A stretch of DNA of 64,000 nucleotides, from NCBI RefSeq assembly GCF_009834535.1, contig NC_045711.1, positions 11,284,001 to 11,348,000 of the forward strand, given 5' to 3'. Below the pieces are notes generated by a model, which worked only from the letters and a program-made list of their open reading frames with translations, did no database searches and was not told where the DNA came from. Shown here in pieces: positions 60,567 through 64,000 of this stretch. Numbering within the stretch: position 1 is the first letter of the stretch; each line of letters opens with the position of its first letter. The position numbers were made by a program, and so were the translations under genes. The stretch comes from Camelus ferus. Its lineage: Eukaryota.

Positions 60567-61901
60567 AGAGGGCAGCATCTGAGGGGTGAGGGACTGGATG
60601 AAGAGGATTTGGGAGATTCTGTAGCAATGACACGTCTTTACATTTCCCTTCCCGGTATGGCGAGGTTGTAGTAAGAGGCAGCCTGAGGACTGGGGAGAGA
60701 CGCTGAGGTCAGAACCAGCTCCCCCTCTGAGCAGTGCTGGGGGCCTCAAGTTAACTCTGGGCTTGAGTTCCCTCCACTGTACACTGAGGATACTAATAGG
60801 TACTTTCGCAGTCATCATACAATGATATTGCATGTGCAACACAGTCAGTGGAAATGAATACCACAATTGCTCCATAAATCTTAACCTATTAAGTTCAAGC
60901 ACGGGGCACCTGGATCCAGGGAACACTCATTTCTAAATTCCCTATCCTATCCCAGAATGTGAGCTCTGATGAAGACAAGGGACTTTTCTTTTTACAGGAC
61001 TCTTCTATTTACAACACTTAGAATATTGACTGAGCCAAAACACATTATTGCTAAATAAATATATATTGAATAAACTAACGGATGTGTATGGTGGCAGGCA
61101 AATCAGGGGTGGAACGCCCCATGACAAATTTGAGCCCGTTTTTTTTATCTCCCCAAATTAGGAGTCCACCTGGTGGTCATGGGGGGAAAAACATTCAGGG
61201 AAAGGATACAGGAAGCAATGAAAGAAACAGCATCTCCTGTTCTCAGTCCCCTGTCCATAAACTTTTTAGAATCATTCCAGTCTCTGTGTATATTTTCTTT
61301 TGAGGGGGAAAGGTGTCCCAGATTCTGAATGAGTCGCGGCCCCAGTCGCTCACCACATGCTTCCCAGCTCCCACAGTTCATGGATTCTTGTCCTGTCTCT
61401 CACTCTGATGCTCCCTCACATCTTGGAGGTCCCTAGGGTTGCTCCTAACCCATTGTGTCCGGTGGGATTTGGGAGCCATCACTTCCATCCCTAGCCTTGG
61501 GTTCCCTGCTTCCCAATGTTTGGATGTTTCCCAGCTTGCTGACTGTGACCTTGGGCAAATCGCTTGCCACTACAGCCCCAGTTCCCTCATCTGCAGCGTA
61601 GGAAGGGTAATTCCCACCCCCGAAAATTGTTGAGGGTTAAACAAAACATGCCTGCAAGACACCACGATTCGTGCCCTATAGCTAGTAAGTGTTCTGTTAA
61701 GTTGTGGTTCCTTCCAGTCGTCGGTTCTCACAGCCCCTCCTCCTCTGGCGCTGGGAGCCTCCGGCTCCCTGAGGTGAGAACAAGTCTGTAGGCTTCCGGA
61801 GCGGATTAGTTTTGGGCGTCACTTAATCCGGGTGGCCCTTCCGTAATCAGAGTCCCTTGCACACACCTGCACAAGAGGCCGGGGCTCACAGAGGCTGCGG
61901 G

Positions 61902-62852
61902 ATGGAGCTGGGTGCGGGAGCCAAGCTGCTGCTGCTGCTGCTGTGGGCGACATGCCGCAGACATGCTAGCGCAGATGGTCTGGGCGGCTACACGTCGGTC
62001 ATCAGGGTGACCAACGGGGGCCCCTGGGGCGACTGGGCCTGGCCCGAGATGTGTCCTGAGGGATTCTTCGCCAGAGGCTTCTCACTCAAGGTAGGGGCTC
62101 GGGCCTAGGTCTCGGAGGAGACCTCAGAGCCGAGGATGTGGTCTTCTGACTCGTCCTCACTCCTCTTCTTGCCGACGCCCAGGTGGAGCCCCCACAAGGC
62201 GCTCTTGGAGACGACACCGCTCTGAACGGGATCCGGCTGCACTGCGTGGGGCGGAATGCGGCGCTCGACACTCACGTGGTGGAATCGGAGTCTGGAAGGT
62301 GGGGGGCCGGGGCCGAGGATCCTCTAGGGTGGGGGTACGCCCCTTACCCTCCGCCACACACCCCCTCCTGGCAGGCAGGTTCCCCCAGAGCTGTGGGGCA
62401 GTTCAGACCTGGGAAGCGGGTGGAAGACCTCCCCTCCGCACCCCGGGGGAGGTCAGGTGACTGGAGCACCTGGTGGGAAGCCCCGAGGTCTGGGTCCAGC
62501 TGGAGGTGGGCAGGGGGCGCCCGCGGAGCCCGCTCGTCTTTGCTCCCCTCGCAGGTGGGGCGCGTGGAGGGAGCCCCTGTGGTGTCCCGGCGGCGGCTTC
62601 CTCGTGGCTTTCTCGCTCCGCGTGGAGGTCCCTGTGACCCCCGGGGACAACACGGCTGCGAACAACGTGCGCTTCCGCTGCTCCGACGGCACGGAGCTGC
62701 AGGGGCCCGGCCTGACCTGGGGCAAATTTGGAGGCTGGAGTGAGCCGTGCCCTAAAGGCTTGTGCGGCTTGCAGACCAAGATCCAGCGGCCCGAAGGCCT
62801 CCTTGATGACACCGCCCTAAACGACGCGCGCTTTTTCTGCTGCCGCAGTTGA
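61902..62852 (+). CDS. VMO1: Vitelline membrane outer layer 1 homolog (secreted beta-prism protein)
   Basis: Exons 61902-62090, 62183-62298, 62555-62852 = 603 nt, 200 aa. Leu-rich signal peptide; three repeats with GxWGxW / DDTALN / DNTAANN motifs; FFCCRS* end. ATTAAA at 62898-62903. Confidence 0.97.
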
Positions 62853-63792
62853 TACCATTGCCCCCCTCTCCCTCCCAAGCCTAGTCTTACCTCTGGTATT
62901 AAAGCTTCTCTGTCTTGGCTTTGGTCTGGCTTGTGCTAGGGGTGGGAAACTGCGTCTCTCCGTCTTCCTAACCTAGCACTGGGCCAGGCCCACATTCGGG
63001 TTTGGTCTCAGGAGTCCGTAGCAGCCTCCTGAAAGTTACCAACCCATAGTTCAGAAAATACACACTTAAGCACAATTTTGTGTACAAGTTCAGGAAGTCT
63101 CTGCAGACATGTCGTCTCCAATAAGAGTCCAGGCTCTTTCCTTTCTGAACCACCAGTGACCTTACATTAAGAAACTTCTACCAAATTAGGAAGTGACAAT
63201 GCTATAAAGTCGTAAGTCTTCATTTTCTAGAGCATAAGAGGCTAACATGTCTTTCCCATAGTTTTCCTTTTGCCCCCTACACAACTCAGTAGCTTTTCTA
63301 TATACTGAGTCCCATTTAGGGCCTTTGTCCTTGCTGTTCTCTCTTCCTGACCCGGCTGTCCAGATAGCTAGCCCATCCACCAGAGTTCAGCTTCAATTTC
63401 ACATTCTCGGACTTTATCTTATTTTAAAAAAGTGCACTCATCATTTAAAAAGTGCTTATCACCAACTGAAATACTCTATTGCTTCTTTTAAAAATTGCCC
63501 ATCTTCCACACCTGGAATGTTAAATTCTTTTAAGAGCTCAGAAGTTGCTTGTCTTGTTTACACTGTATTTCCAGCGCACCAATAGCGCAGTAACTATTTA
63601 TTAAGAAAATAACAAGCGGGGTGTAAGGGCCCCAAACAAGAGAGCTCCAAGCCCCGATGTATCTGGAGGCCTTCCAGCATTCCTTGTATAGAGCACAGTC
63701 TGAGACCGGGAGGAGGGCTCTAAATAGTTTATTCCAGGGACGGGGGAGGGCCAGGCGGGCGTCCAGGAGCGACGGACCAGGTCGGTGGAGCC

Positions 63793-64000
63793 TCAGTGGG
63801 GGGCGCCCTGCGGAAAACAGAAAGTGAGGACGCAGCTAGGGAGCAAACAGGTTTCCTAGACAGCTCCATCCCACGCCGTCCCACCTCTTTCTTCCTGCAA
63901 TCGCCACAGAAGACACCAATGGTCGCGTTCACCAGCTGCAGCCCACACAGCAAGATCTCCAGGCACGAGGCGGCCACCAGCAGCGAGAAGAGAGTCACGT
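63793..64000 (-). CDS. TM4SF5: Transmembrane 4 L six family member 5, last two coding exons (partial; gene continues beyond the right edge)
   Basis: Exon 63885-64000+ encodes [39 protein letters not shown] (donor GAG|GTGGG); last exon 63793-63807 encodes GAPH*. AATAAA at 63728-63733. Confidence 0.95.

Overview
This is mammalian genomic DNA, very probably camelid: five copies of a tRNA-Ala-derived SINE match the camelid vic-1 type as I recall it. It is syntenic to human 17p13.2. Gene order from left to right is MINK1 (minus; coding exons 1-11, 3' part off-window, 27.7-kb intron 1), PLD2 (minus; 24 coding exons that sum to 933 aa, with exon 12 and most of exon 11 hidden in N gaps), C17orf114 (plus; 2-exon 81-aa microprotein missed by the ORF track), PSMB6 (minus; 6 exons, 239 aa), GLTPD2 (minus; 4 exons, 284 aa), VMO1 (plus; 3 exons, 200 aa) and the 3' end of TM4SF5 (minus). 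I checked exon boundaries by hand against GT/AG sites and reading frame. The rest is L1, L2, MIR, hAT DNA-transposon relics, SINEs, one solo LTR and six assembly gaps. I found no new multi-gene system. The best leads are the uncharacterised, possibly lipid-anchored C17orf114 microprotein, a solo LTR flanked by an unusually long (~90 bp) direct duplication, an L1-donated consensus ARE upstream of PSMB6, paired RFX X-boxes and an Arg-rich uORF at MINK1, clustered OTX/PITX sites at VMO1, and HNF1/HNF4 sites plus apparent ligand-site divergence at GLTPD2. All family assignments and comparisons with human come from recall, not database searches.
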